A DNA stretch of 64,000 nucleotides, from contig DAORIV010000003.1 of NCBI GenBank assembly GCA_035438705.1, positions 4,699 through 68,698 on the forward strand, in the 5' to 3' direction. Of the stretch, positions 1 through 9,535 are shown in pieces. This DNA comes from Parcubacteria group bacterium. Lineage in GTDB: Bacteria > Patescibacteriota > Minisyncoccia > Phycocordibacterales > DATDWN01. The notes below the pieces were generated by a model. That model saw only the letters and a program-made list of their open reading frames with translations, had not been told where the DNA came from and did no database searches. Position numbers and translations under genes: made by a program. Every line of letters begins with the position of its first letter. Position 1 is the first letter of the stretch.

Positions 1-2558
1 ACTGCAGTTAAAGTGATGTTTGATCCAGCAGATACACTTTCAGAACAGTCTGCTCCACAGTTGATACCTGGGCCTGTGATTCGGCCACCCAAAGATGCTG
101 CGGCATTAACAGTTAATACATATGTCGAAGGAGCTGTAACAGTAACTGTGTTTGAAACTGCATGTTGTACAAGGATGTTGTCATTGTCCCATAGTCTGAA
201 ATTGTAGTTACCAGGTGTTACTGGTGCTGTAAATGTACAACTACCAGAGCTTCTAGATGAACCAGGTACTGTTTGAGTACATGGTGATACACCTTCATAT
301 TTCCAATCTAAGAATGAGTTACCTGTGTTGCCTAATATATACATTCCAATCCAGTCTCTTACAGTAGGTGTTGGTACGTTTGCAAATGTAACTGTTACTG
401 TACCTCCTGGTGCAATTGAAGATGGTGAAGCAGATAGTGTTGGTGCAGGAACAGAAGTTGTTGTAAATGAACTTACTGTAGAGTAACCAGTCCCTGTTGT
501 GTTAGTTGCATATCCTCTGTAGTAGATAGTTGTTCCTGATGGCATACCAGTTCTAGCATGTGTGAATACTCCAGTTGTAAGTCCTGATGCTGGTGTACAG
601 TTGGTTACCGGTGGATTGACTGTTCCCCAACATGTTCCTCGAGCAGATATTGCAGCTGGTACACCTAGTGATGTTACGTTTGCACCAAGTGTTGCACCTG
701 TTGTGGTGATGCCGGAGACTGTTGGAGAAACTACTGTTGGTACACCAGTATTCAAGCTAAAGTTAATATCGCTATTAACCCAGTTAGTGTTATTACCAAA
801 TTTATTTTGTACAAATCCAGATATATCGTTATTTGTTAAAGGATTTATAAACGAACTATCAAATCTGACATTGAAAACTGTAGTTCTGGTATTGCCATTA
901 ATAGTGTTTGTACAACTATCCAAATTTAAATATGTATCTCCATATCCAGTCTGTATAGCCGCAACTCCTCCTCCGGTGCAAGACATTTTATTTTTTAATG
1001 CATTCCATCCAGAATATAAGGAATCAAAATACCAAGTAACATAACCTCTATATTGGCCAGAATTACTTCCTTGATAATTTATAAGTGCATACTCATGAGA
1101 AATATTGCCACCACCCCTTGAATCTGTACTATTAACTGTAATCTGATATTGAGTTGAATTATCAGCAAAAACAGTTGGAGAACTTATTGTTACAGTAGGA
1201 CTAGTAGGTGTTGTGATAAGTGCAAAATTAATATCGAAATTCACCCAACCATTCCAATTATTATCAGTGTTTGATGTATACCCAGAAATATCGTTTAGAG
1301 TCCAAGGACCATTTGTTCCAAATAATGGATTAAAACTGACGTTAAATGTAGTTGTTCTGGTGCCCCCATTTACTGTAGTTGAACAACCATGTAACTCGAT
1401 ATAGTCATGACCATATACCGTGTTTCCGCCAGTTGATTGAATAGCCGCATATCCACCGCCCGAACACGACATCGCATCTTTGTTTCCTGCAAAAGAATAA
1501 CTAGCCCATGTTAAATAACCTCTATACTGTCCCGCATTAGTTCCCTGGTGATTAATTAGGGCATATTGTTGATTTATTTTATTTCCACCACCTGAATCAG
1601 ATGCAACAGCTGTTACTGTATATTGAGTTCCATTTGGATTTATATCTGATGAACTTATAGAAATATTATTTACGACTGGCGTTGTTACACCAACAAATGT
1701 AACTCCTGCAGAATAATCTGCATTAAGAGACCCCTCACAGCGTGCTCCTACTCCAAGTGCAGGACAAACGGCTTGCCAATTAAAAGCTCCTCCAAAGATA
1801 TCGTGTACCGCATCTATAGTTACATATGTATTTACTGGAAGTGCAATTACACAAGTTCCCCCCCTACAACTACCTGCATATGTCAGTGGTTGCCCAGCAG
1901 CAGTACTTGTATATCCCAGTGCTGTTCCAGGTCCACTTGCAGTAAACGTTAAAGTTCTAGTTGTACCACCACAACTATTTACTGTACAAGAATTACTACA
2001 AGTTCTTGGGCAACTTCCGTTATTTACTCCTGTATCACATTGCTCCCCTGGGTCAATTGAACCATTGCCACAAGTTGGTGCTGGTGGATTACAATTTATA
2101 AATGTACAACTCAAACTACATCCTCCAGGACAACTACCGTTATTAATTCCTAAGTCACATTGTTCTCCAGCATTAACCACACCATTACCACAATTCGGTG
2201 GCGGAGATGGATAAGTACAACTGCCGTCATCGACACTTGCATTTGGATTATAATTTGTGGCCCCAGGATCTGTACAACCAGAAATAACAACTGGTGGTGC
2301 ACATTCACACCTCTCGCCTGCCCAACAAGTCATAGCATCTCCACCATTTGGGCCAGCGCATTGAATGGTTCCCATATCCTGACAACTTGCTACCCCTGTT
2401 CCACAATTACAACTTATCCCAATATCCAATCCACATGAAGCTTGATTTGCCCCACAACCATTAACTACAGAACATTCAATCGTGTCAGCTACAACAAAAT
2501 TAATATTGAACAAAAAAAATAAAAATAGAAAGGCAATAAAAAATTTATTTTTAAACAT
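1..2558 (-). CDS. Large secreted Cys-rich-repeat surface protein, paralog of 3805..6885. The N-terminus is complete (ATG at 2558..2556) and the C-terminus runs off the window start.
   Basis: Reverse-strand hand translation from 2558 gives MFKNKFFIAFLFLFFLFNINFVVADT (a signal peptide) followed by repeated CGNG..GEQCD..C motifs. Positions 1..~725 are nucleotide-identical to 3947..~4672 of the intact 1026-aa gene, and the middle region is diverged but alignable. The ORF track omits it because no stop lies in-window. Confidence 0.55.
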   Translation of the reverse strand, partial: MFKNKFFIAFLFLFFLFNINFVVADTIECSVVNGCGANQASCGLDIGISCNCGTGVASCQDMGTIQCAGPNGGDAMTCWAGERCECAPPVVISGCTDPGATNYNPNASVDDGSCTYPSPPPNCGNGVVNAGEQCDLGINNGSCPGGCSLSCTFINCNPPAPTCGNGSIDPGEQCDTGVNNGSCPRTCSNSCTVNSCGGTTRTLTFTASGPGTALGYTSTAAGQPLTYAGSCRGGTCVIALPVNTYVTIDAVHDIFGGAFNWQAVCPALGVGARCEGSLNADYSAGVTFVGVTTPVVNNISISSSDINPNGTQYTVTAVASDSGGGNKINQQYALINHQGTNAGQYRGYLTWASYSFAGNKDAMSCSGGGYAAIQSTGGNTVYGHDYIELHGCSTTVNGGTRTTTFNVSFNPLFGTNGPWTLNDISGYTSNTDNNWNGWVNFDINFALITTPTSPTVTISSPTVFADNSTQYQITVNSTDSRGGGNISHEYALINYQGSNSGQYRGYVTWYFDSLYSGWNALKNKMSCTGGGVAAIQTGYGDTYLNLDSCTNTINGNTRTTVFNVRFDSSFINPLTNNDISGFVQNKFGNNTNWVNSDINFSLNTGVPTVVSPTVSGITTTGATLGANVTSLGVPAAISARGTCWGTVNPPVTNCTPASGLTTGVFTHARTGMPSGTTIYYRGYATNTTGTGYSTVSSFTTTSVPAPTLSASPSSIAPGGTVTVTFANVPTPTVRDWIGMYILGNTGNSFLDWKYEGVSPCTQTVPGSSRSSGSCTFTAPVTPGNYNFRLWDNDNILVQHAVSNTVTVTAPSTYVLTVNAAASLGGRITGPGINCGADCSESVSAGSNITLTA

Positions 2559-2617
2559 ATTTACTTAATAATAAAACATATTAATAGTCTAAACAATTTA
2601 CTTATGTGTATAAAAGA

Positions 2618-2660
2618 GAAAAGGCACAGTCGAATTCTATTCAACCGTGCCTTCCAATTT
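2618..2660 (-). terminator. Rho-independent terminator downstream of the GC-rich lipoprotein gene
   Basis: On the minus strand there is a GGCACGG..CTGTGCC hairpin with a ~14-nt loop, followed by TTTTCTCTTTT, immediately 3' of the stop at 2663. Confidence 0.4.
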
Positions 2661-2662
2661 CC

Positions 2663-3145
2663 CTAAGGTAGCGGGACGTATGAGATTGACCCATTACCAG
2701 ATACTAGAACTGGTGACCTGTTGGAAACCAGCACATTGTATATGAGACCAGAAACCCTTTCTGGGAACACGATTCTGGTGCCACCAGTCTTTGTCAGAGA
2801 GATGGTGGTTGGTTCCACAGAGGTGAGAGACATCTCGCCACCACTCTGTGTCTGTGTGAAGAGGCCGATATAGATTCGACGCTCTTCTGAATCAGTCAGG
2901 TTTACCTGCACATCCAGGACTGTGCCTTGACGAACATCCATCGGGACCGTTTTGTAAACCCCACCGAATGGGGTGTTGGGAACAAAAGGGTTCAGGGTGA
3001 AGTTGTTGATACTGATTGTCACCGGCTGAGAAACAGTCGGTGTGGAATTTGTGGGAGAAGTTGGACTCTGCAATCCACTCCCACCACATGCAGTACACAG
3101 ATTCGCCAGAAAGGCGACGAGGGCAACGAAAACGAGCTTGCGCAC
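2663..3145 (-). CDS. Putative lipoprotein in a GC-rich cassette. The likely start is GTG at 3145; the ORF track extends it to an ATG at 3175.
   Basis: The ORF is about 50% GC against roughly 33% in the flanks. A strong SD (AAAGGAGG) lies 7 nt upstream of the GTG. The N-terminus (M)RKLVFVALVAFLANLCTACGG looks like a signal peptide followed by Cys. Confidence 0.5.
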   Translation of the reverse strand: MRKLVFVALVAFLANLCTACGGSGLQSPTSPTNSTPTVSQPVTISINNFTLNPFVPNTPFGGVYKTVPMDVRQGTVLDVQVNLTDSEERRIYIGLFTQTQSGGEMSLTSVEPTTISLTKTGGTRIVFPERVSGLIYNVLVSNRSPVLVSGNGSISYVPLP

Positions 3146-3246
3146 GACACTGCCTCCTTTCGCCCCTTTGGGCATAAGTCTTCAGGGAACTTCTATCTAT
3201 ATTTAAACCCCAATATACCAAAAAGTCAAACTGCTATCCACAATAA

Positions 3247-3780
3247 CTACTTATTTAGAATTCTTAGGTTAACCTCGGTTTCCCCAGAAACATTGTTTTG
3301 CAAATATACCTTATAAATTGAACTATCATTTTCTGCCATTAGTATTGCACCAATATTTGCTCTAGTTGCTGATGAAGTGGCAAAATTCTCACGCAAAATA
3401 GTGTTTCTCAATGTTATATAAACATTTTTCATATCTTGTTTAATCGTATAATAAATATTTAAGCCTTTAGAACCGTCGTTGTAAGTTTCTTCTTTTATAC
3501 TTAACCCTTCTCCACCATCCAAAATGAAAATATTATTTTCTTCAACAGCTTGGGAATTTAATTCCTTTGTATCTTTAACAACCTTATTTGGGAATGAGAT
3601 TTTTGATTCCAAAATACTTTTAACTTCGTAAGGAGTATTTGTATCTTCATTAGATATTTTTTTTGTTTCATTTATTCTTTTTGCTTTTTCTAGCTCAAGA
3701 AAAACAACGTAGCCTAAAACCATAATTAACAAAACTACACCAATAGTAATAATAATTTTTTTAAATTTTTGTGTCTCCAT
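3247..3780 (-). CDS. Hypothetical membrane-anchored protein
   Basis: A 177-aa ORF with an N-terminal hydrophobic helix (IIITIGVVLLIMVLGYVVF) and low GC like the host. Confidence 0.5.
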   Translation of the reverse strand: METQKFKKIIITIGVVLLIMVLGYVVFLELEKAKRINETKKISNEDTNTPYEVKSILESKISFPNKVVKDTKELNSQAVEENNIFILDGGEGLSIKEETYNDGSKGLNIYYTIKQDMKNVYITLRNTILRENFATSSATRANIGAILMAENDSSIYKVYLQNNVSGETEVNLRILNK

Positions 3781-3804
3781 TGTTAAGATTATAACACTTT
3801 AATT

Positions 3805-6800
3805 TTAAAACTCTTTGTATATAAATGATCTCGCAACAAAATTCGCCGTCACACTCGTATCAGCATTCACAGTAATATTACATGTTGTAGATGTTCCTGA
3901 ACATGCACCAGACCACCCTGTGAATTTCCAATATGATGATGAAGGTACTGCAGTTAAAGTGATGTTTGATCCAGCAGATACACTTTCAGAACAGTCTGCT
4001 CCACAGTTGATACCTGGGCCTGTGATTCGGCCACCCAAAGATGCTGCGGCATTAACAGTTAATACATATGTCGAAGGAGCTGTAACAGTAACTGTGTTTG
4101 AAACTGCATGTTGTACAAGGATGTTGTCATTGTCCCATAGTCTGAAATTGTAGTTACCAGGTGTTACTGGTGCTGTAAATGTACAACTACCAGAGCTTCT
4201 AGATGAACCAGGTACTGTTTGAGTACATGGTGATACACCTTCATATTTCCAATCTAAGAATGAGTTACCTGTGTTGCCTAATATATACATTCCAATCCAG
4301 TCTCTTACAGTAGGTGTTGGTACGTTTGCAAATGTAACTGTTACTGTACCTCCTGGTGCAATTGAAGATGGTGAAGCAGATAGTGTTGGTGCAGGAACAG
4401 AAGTTGTTGTAAATGAACTTACTGTAGAGTAACCAGTCCCTGTTGTGTTAGTTGCATATCCTCTGTAGTAGATAGTTGTTCCTGATGGCATACCAGTTCT
4501 AGCATGTGTGAATACTCCAGTTGTAAGTCCTGATGCTGGTGTACAGTTGGTTACCGGTGGATTGACTGTTCCCCAACATGTTCCTCGAGCAGATATTGCA
4601 GCTGGTACACCTAGTGATGTTACGTTTGCACCAAGTGTTGCACCTGTTGTGGTGATGCCGGAGACTGTTGGGGTTGTAACAGTAGGAACAGTTGGAACAA
4701 GAAGATCGAACAATGACCCTTGAATCCAACCACTTGGATGACCAAACAAATTATATACATGGCCAGAAATAACATTACCAGTTGTAGGTGTAGTAAATGA
4801 TGGATCATACCTTACTACAAAATTAACTGTTCTATTGTTACCTGATGTTGATGTTGAACATGAATCAAGATTTACATAACCATGACCAAATCCCGTATTA
4901 CCTCCAGTGGACTGTATCACAGCCCAACCACCCCCAGTACATGCTATATGATTTTTGTCAGATGGCCACCAATCAGTACTACCCCAAGTTAAATATCCTC
5001 TGTATGTTCCTGCGTTTGCACCTTGAATATTTGTAAGTGCATAAACTTGAGAAACATTTGTGCCTGCAGTTGGATCATACGCAACAGCAGTTATGGTGTG
5101 TTGGGTAGAATTGTTTGTTGTCACAGGTGAAGGACTTATTGTTACAGAATTTATGGTCGGCATATTCAATCCGAAATTGATATCAAAATGTTCCCAAGGA
5201 CTATAATTGTTATTTGAGTTATAAGTAATACCGTGAATATCATTATTGGTAACTGTTGTTGAATATGCGGGTTCAAAAACCATTACAAAATTTACTGTTC
5301 TTGAATTAGATGTGTTTGTGGTATTACAACTTATAAGTCTTACATATTGATCTCCATATCCTGCCCAACCTCCAGCAGAAAGAATCGCTCCATAACCCCC
5401 ACCTGTACAAGCCATTGGATTCTTGTGACCAGTAAATGCACTGACTGATGTCCAAGCAAACCAACCCTTATTTATTCCATTTCCATCTCTCAGTAGTGCG
5501 TATTGATATGTTATTTTTGAAGAACCTCCAGTGTCTGCCCCAGTATGTGAAATTGTGTATTGAGTAGTTCCATTTGGAGTAACCATTGGTGAACTTATAG
5601 TCACATTATTTGTTGTTGGGGTTGTAACTCCAGTAAATGTAACCCCTGCACTATAGTTTGCATTAAGCAGGCCTTCACAACGAATGCCAACACCACTAGC
5701 TGGACACAGAGGTGTCCAAACAAATGGACCTCCGGTAGTATCGTGAACAGCGTCAATAGTTACATATGTATTGGTTGGAAGGGGTAGAGAACATGTTGCA
5801 TTTCTACATGAACCTATGTATGTAAGTGGCTGTCCTGCTCCAGTGCTTGAGTACCCCATTGCCGTTCCAGGTCCACTTGCGGTAAAAGTAAGTGTAGATA
5901 TTGTTCCACCACAACTATTTACCGTACATGAATTACTACAAGCCCTAGGACATGAACCATTATTTACACCTGTGTCACATTGCTCTCCAGCTTCAACCAC
6001 ACCATTACCACAACTAGATGATGAGCATGAATTTACCGTACATGAATTACTACAAGCCCTAGGACATGAACCATTATTTACACCTGTGTCACATTGCTCT
6101 CCAGCATTTATAATATTATTACCGCAATTTACTGGAGGCGATACAATAGCGACATTTATTGGTTGTGAATTTACATTTTTTGTTCCATAACCACCATATC
6201 CAGTTGCTTGTAAATTAAAAGTTGCCGTACCGACTGCTGTACCGGTACATGTTGTACCGTTAGTATCACCTGCAACCGATGCTCCATCAGCTATATCACA
6301 GCTGACAGGACCACTATAGCTTAGCACTGAATCACCTGTCCTTTCTGTTGCATTCCATGTTATATCAAACTGTCCACCTACTGCCATTGTTGAATTTGTA
6401 GTGTTAAATCCATTTATGGAAACTTCTCTACCATTCATATTAAAATTCACACTTGCATCTGCGTCATTTACATAAACATCAGCACTGACATAATTAAAAT
6501 TATTTGATGTAGCCCCAATACTTACAGTATTATTTGGTATACTCCCACTTGCATCACCTATATTTCCGGCTCCATTTGCATCAACAACATTCCAACAAGA
6601 ACCTGTCCACATACCTCCACCGCTGTTTATACAGACACTGATACCATACTTTCCCCCAGATGGACCTAGTGCTCCGTGTCCATCATATGTACCAGAAATA
6701 TCTACCGAATATACTTGTTTCTCTGTTCCAAAAGGTGGTGTGTTTATTACTGAAGATGCACTACTTCCATGCCTTGATATTGAAACTGTTTGAGAATATG

Positions 6801-6885
6801 AACCAGTAGATCCATTAACCACTGATTGTGTGAAAAAAAATGTTATAACTATTATTAATACTTTAATAAAATTAATTTTTTTCAT
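3805..6885 (-). CDS. Large secreted cell-surface protein with CGNG..GEQCD cysteine-rich repeats and tandem Gly/Trp-rich repeats
   Basis: A 1026-aa ORF with the N-terminal signal peptide MKKINFIKVLIIVITFFFTQSVVNGS. It has two tandem copies of GEQCDTGVNNGSCPRACSNSCTVNSC, which resemble Myxococcales-type Cys-rich repeats. It is rich in Thr, Ser, Gly and Asn. Confidence 0.8.
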   Translation of the reverse strand: MKKINFIKVLIIVITFFFTQSVVNGSTGSYSQTVSISRHGSSASSVINTPPFGTEKQVYSVDISGTYDGHGALGPSGGKYGISVCINSGGGMWTGSCWNVVDANGAGNIGDASGSIPNNTVSIGATSNNFNYVSADVYVNDADASVNFNMNGREVSINGFNTTNSTMAVGGQFDITWNATERTGDSVLSYSGPVSCDIADGASVAGDTNGTTCTGTAVGTATFNLQATGYGGYGTKNVNSQPINVAIVSPPVNCGNNIINAGEQCDTGVNNGSCPRACSNSCTVNSCSSSSCGNGVVEAGEQCDTGVNNGSCPRACSNSCTVNSCGGTISTLTFTASGPGTAMGYSSTGAGQPLTYIGSCRNATCSLPLPTNTYVTIDAVHDTTGGPFVWTPLCPASGVGIRCEGLLNANYSAGVTFTGVTTPTTNNVTISSPMVTPNGTTQYTISHTGADTGGSSKITYQYALLRDGNGINKGWFAWTSVSAFTGHKNPMACTGGGYGAILSAGGWAGYGDQYVRLISCNTTNTSNSRTVNFVMVFEPAYSTTVTNNDIHGITYNSNNNYSPWEHFDINFGLNMPTINSVTISPSPVTTNNSTQHTITAVAYDPTAGTNVSQVYALTNIQGANAGTYRGYLTWGSTDWWPSDKNHIACTGGGWAVIQSTGGNTGFGHGYVNLDSCSTSTSGNNRTVNFVVRYDPSFTTPTTGNVISGHVYNLFGHPSGWIQGSLFDLLVPTVPTVTTPTVSGITTTGATLGANVTSLGVPAAISARGTCWGTVNPPVTNCTPASGLTTGVFTHARTGMPSGTTIYYRGYATNTTGTGYSTVSSFTTTSVPAPTLSASPSSIAPGGTVTVTFANVPTPTVRDWIGMYILGNTGNSFLDWKYEGVSPCTQTVPGSSRSSGSCTFTAPVTPGNYNFRLWDNDNILVQHAVSNTVTVTAPSTYVLTVNAAASLGGRITGPGINCGADCSESVSAGSNITLTAVPSSSYWKFTGWSGACSGTSTTCNITVNADTSVTANFVARSFIYKEF

Positions 6886-6889
6886 ATTA

Positions 6890-7324
6890 TTAATATTCAG
6901 GGCCTATATATACAACTTCTAAAGCCTTACTCTGAACCCTTCCTAAAAAATTTTTAATTAGAATTGTCTCTACCCCAATAGATATATTCTGTGAATCTTT
7001 TTTTAGTGTTTCAAAATCTACTTCCTGGGTTTTCTTTGGTAAATCCTCAACAACAAACATTTCACCATTTTTTGGCAATACAAAAGAATTCTTGGTAATT
7101 TTGGTATCTTGATCCACTTCTATACCATACTCATACTGTGGCTTGCCTTTTTTTAATTCATCTTCAAAAGCTCCCAATATCAAGATTGAATTATCCCCCA
7201 CCGAAACAACTGAACCCGAAAATTTAATAATCTTTCCACTATCTACTAACCCAGCAATTAAATAAAAAAATACAAATAATATTAATAGAAACAAAATAGA
7301 AATAATTTTTTTCATACTAGACAT
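6890..7324 (-). CDS. Hypothetical small exported or membrane protein
   Basis: A 144-aa ORF with the N-terminal hydrophobic segment IISILFLLILFVFFYLIAGL. Confidence 0.5.
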   Translation of the reverse strand: MSSMKKIISILFLLILFVFFYLIAGLVDSGKIIKFSGSVVSVGDNSILILGAFEDELKKGKPQYEYGIEVDQDTKITKNSFVLPKNGEMFVVEDLPKKTQEVDFETLKKDSQNISIGVETILIKNFLGRVQSKALEVVYIGPEY

Positions 7325-7378
7325 TGTAGAATAAATATTCTTAATGTATATTTTAGTTTATTTAGAAAAATTGTAAAC

Positions 7379-7425
7379 GAAAAAAGGTGGACAACTAGCA
7401 TATAGCTGTTGCCCACCTTTCCCAT
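7379..7425 (-). terminator. Rho-independent terminator of the second GC-rich lipoprotein gene
   Basis: On the minus strand GGTGGGCAAC and GTTGTCCACC form a 10-bp stem with one G-U pair, followed by TTTTTT, directly 3' of the stop at 7437. Confidence 0.45.
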
Positions 7426-7436
7426 TAGCTTGTTCA

Positions 7437-8009
7437 CTACTGTGAGTAGCCGACTTCGAAGGAGTGATGTGCCCACAGGACACCCTCACCAGTAGAGGAT
7501 GTTCTCATCTCGACCAGGATGTACTTAAATGGGGGTACCATCATGAACATCCTTCCATCACCGAAGAAATAATCCTTGTCTGGAATGTCGATATAACCAT
7601 TCCCGAACTCAGGACCACTCTTTGACGTGCCATCACTTGATGGATAAATCGAGTAGTTCACACTATTCCCAGTGCGAAGATTGAGATTGTCCATCCGAAT
7701 ACGAATCATCGGAGAAAAACGGACGGTCCCATTCTGAACGACACCAGCTGAAGGACTGAGACTCACGAGCTCCACCACAGCGATGAAATCACGTGACGGA
7801 TCGTGATCCATCTTGGGACGAATCGCTCCAGTTGGAACAGTGAGAGCACCAGAAGGTGGCGGGGTGTTCGAGATGCAGCTGGGCGAGGTCATGAGAACAC
7901 CCTCGCAGTATTGCTTAGAGGTGGAATCGAGACCACCCTCAGCACAACCGATCGTGGTTGTGATACCCGCAAGGGCAAGAGCGACGAAAGCCGAACGAAA
8001 CGACGACAT
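7437..8009 (-). CDS. Putative lipoprotein in a GC-rich cassette
   Basis: A 190-aa ORF at about 50% GC. A strong SD (AAAGGGAGG) lies 5 nt upstream of the ATG. The signal peptide MSSFRSAFVALALAGITTTIGC carries a lipobox-like TIGC. Confidence 0.55.
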   Translation of the reverse strand: MSSFRSAFVALALAGITTTIGCAEGGLDSTSKQYCEGVLMTSPSCISNTPPPSGALTVPTGAIRPKMDHDPSRDFIAVVELVSLSPSAGVVQNGTVRFSPMIRIRMDNLNLRTGNSVNYSIYPSSDGTSKSGPEFGNGYIDIPDKDYFFGDGRMFMMVPPFKYILVEMRTSSTGEGVLWAHHSFEVGYSQ

Positions 8010-8131
8010 GGTGCCTCCCTTTGCCCTTATGGGCCGATGGTGGTTTGTGTGACAGAACTTGTGAACAAGTGCAGATCTAAATTAAGAATATACTAATATA
8101 AACAAAAATGTCAAGTAGCCTTATCCACACC

Positions 8132-9499
8132 CTATATACCACTTCTAGAAAGTAATGATTTCACAGTCTTTAGAGCAATTTTAATATCTAACCAGAATGA
8201 ACGATTTTTAATATAGTAAATATCGTATGTAAGTTTTTCTTTGGTAAGATTTACCTCTGGACCATGGTGGGGATGTAATTCCTGATGAGTTTGAGCCCAA
8301 CCAGAAAGCCCGGGTTTGATTAAGTGTCTAATGTTGTAGTAAGGAATCTCTTTATCATATATTGCAACACCTGTTGGAAGTTCTGGTCTTGGGCCAATAA
8401 GTGAAATGTCTCCTGCTAAAACATTCCAAAGTTGTGGGAGCTCATCTATACGAGTTTTTCTTAAAAAATTTCCAACACGAGTAACTTTGTTTTCCTTACT
8501 TGAATTCAAATCAACTTCATTTCTACTCATTGATCTAAATTTATACAACTTAATACTCTTTCCATCCTTTCCTACCCTATCCTGAGAAATAAATATCCTA
8601 CCTCCATCATCTACTTTTATTGCAACATATACAAAAGGATAGAAAACCAAAGATAACAAACCTAACACCATAGAAACAGAAATATCCATTAGTCTTTTTA
8701 GAAAATCATAGGTGTAATTCGGAGAAATGGATATGTTTTCTAAAAACCAACTATATGTAACCAAAGAAAGAGGTATCCGATCAAAGATATCTTCATAGAT
8801 TTTGTGTGAATCAATAAATTTTACTTTCGAGAAAATTAGGTTGTATAAGTGCGGCAAAAGTGGAGCGACTTTTTCATTTGAAAAATCTATAGCAACTATT
8901 TTTATATCATTGGAATATACTGGAGTTATAATGTCCTCTAGTACATTTATTGATTCCATGTCATGCACATCAATAGATGACACAAAATTCAAATCATATC
9001 TGTTATTTCCATTTACCTCCAGAAGCAACTCTTTCATTTCATCTCCAGTACCAATAAGAAATGCAGGTTGTTTGTCTTTAGAGCTAATCAAGTTTTTACC
9101 ATACAATCTCCAGAACAAAATACCCCCGAAAGAAATAATCAAATAGATGAACAATATTGTTTTCGGAGTAATGCGAAAAGTAGTAAAAGAATAAAAGAAA
9201 ACAATCGCAATTACACTGTTTACCAACTGTGCATTGAATATAACACTAGGGAGTTTACTTTTCAGTATTAGAGTATGTTTTTCATAAAGTCCAGCTATAA
9301 AATACACCAAAACCCAAACAGCAAATAGTATTGAAAAAGGAATTATGTGTACTGTGAATCTTTCTAATGTTGGGACTTCGGCAAATCTAATATACAAAGA
9401 AAACCACAAAGAAAAAACAAAGAAAAATACATCTCCGAAAAACAAGATTACGGCTTCTTTCTTTGGAAGTATGCTCATAAAATTATGTATTGAAAACAA
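8132..9499 (-). CDS. Polyprenyl-phosphate sugar phosphotransferase (bacterial sugar transferase, WbaP/CpsE-like)
   Basis: The C-terminal motifs SQDRVG.DG..I.LYKFRSM and RIDELPQLWNVLAGDISLIGPRP match the sugar-transferase catalytic domain, after multi-TM N-terminal helices. Confidence 0.8.
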   Translation of the reverse strand: MFSIHNFMSILPKKEAVILFFGDVFFFVFSLWFSLYIRFAEVPTLERFTVHIIPFSILFAVWVLVYFIAGLYEKHTLILKSKLPSVIFNAQLVNSVIAIVFFYSFTTFRITPKTILFIYLIISFGGILFWRLYGKNLISSKDKQPAFLIGTGDEMKELLLEVNGNNRYDLNFVSSIDVHDMESINVLEDIITPVYSNDIKIVAIDFSNEKVAPLLPHLYNLIFSKVKFIDSHKIYEDIFDRIPLSLVTYSWFLENISISPNYTYDFLKRLMDISVSMVLGLLSLVFYPFVYVAIKVDDGGRIFISQDRVGKDGKSIKLYKFRSMSRNEVDLNSSKENKVTRVGNFLRKTRIDELPQLWNVLAGDISLIGPRPELPTGVAIYDKEIPYYNIRHLIKPGLSGWAQTHQELHPHHGPEVNLTKEKLTYDIYYIKNRSFWLDIKIALKTVKSLLSRSGI

Positions 9500-9535
9500 T
9501 ATTATGCTAAAATTAATTAATAAGCAAATACTCTA

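Noticed and set aside
2892-3316. ORFs 2892..3221 (-) and 2927..3316 (+) overlapping the GC-rich lipoprotein gene
   Set aside because: They are alternative-frame or antisense ORFs that arise readily in GC-rich DNA. They have no SD and no coherent protein features, and they overlap the lipoprotein gene, which is better supported.
3815-6190. Plus-strand ORFs inside the giant surface-protein gene (3815..4153, 4508..4723, 4845..5036, 5771..6190), and the equivalent ones at 13..207, 562..1044, 1213..1404 and 2160..2438
   Set aside because: They are antisense to a long, well-supported minus-strand CDS. They are low-complexity translations of a repetitive Thr/Gly-rich coding strand, and the same spurious ORFs recur in both paralog copies.
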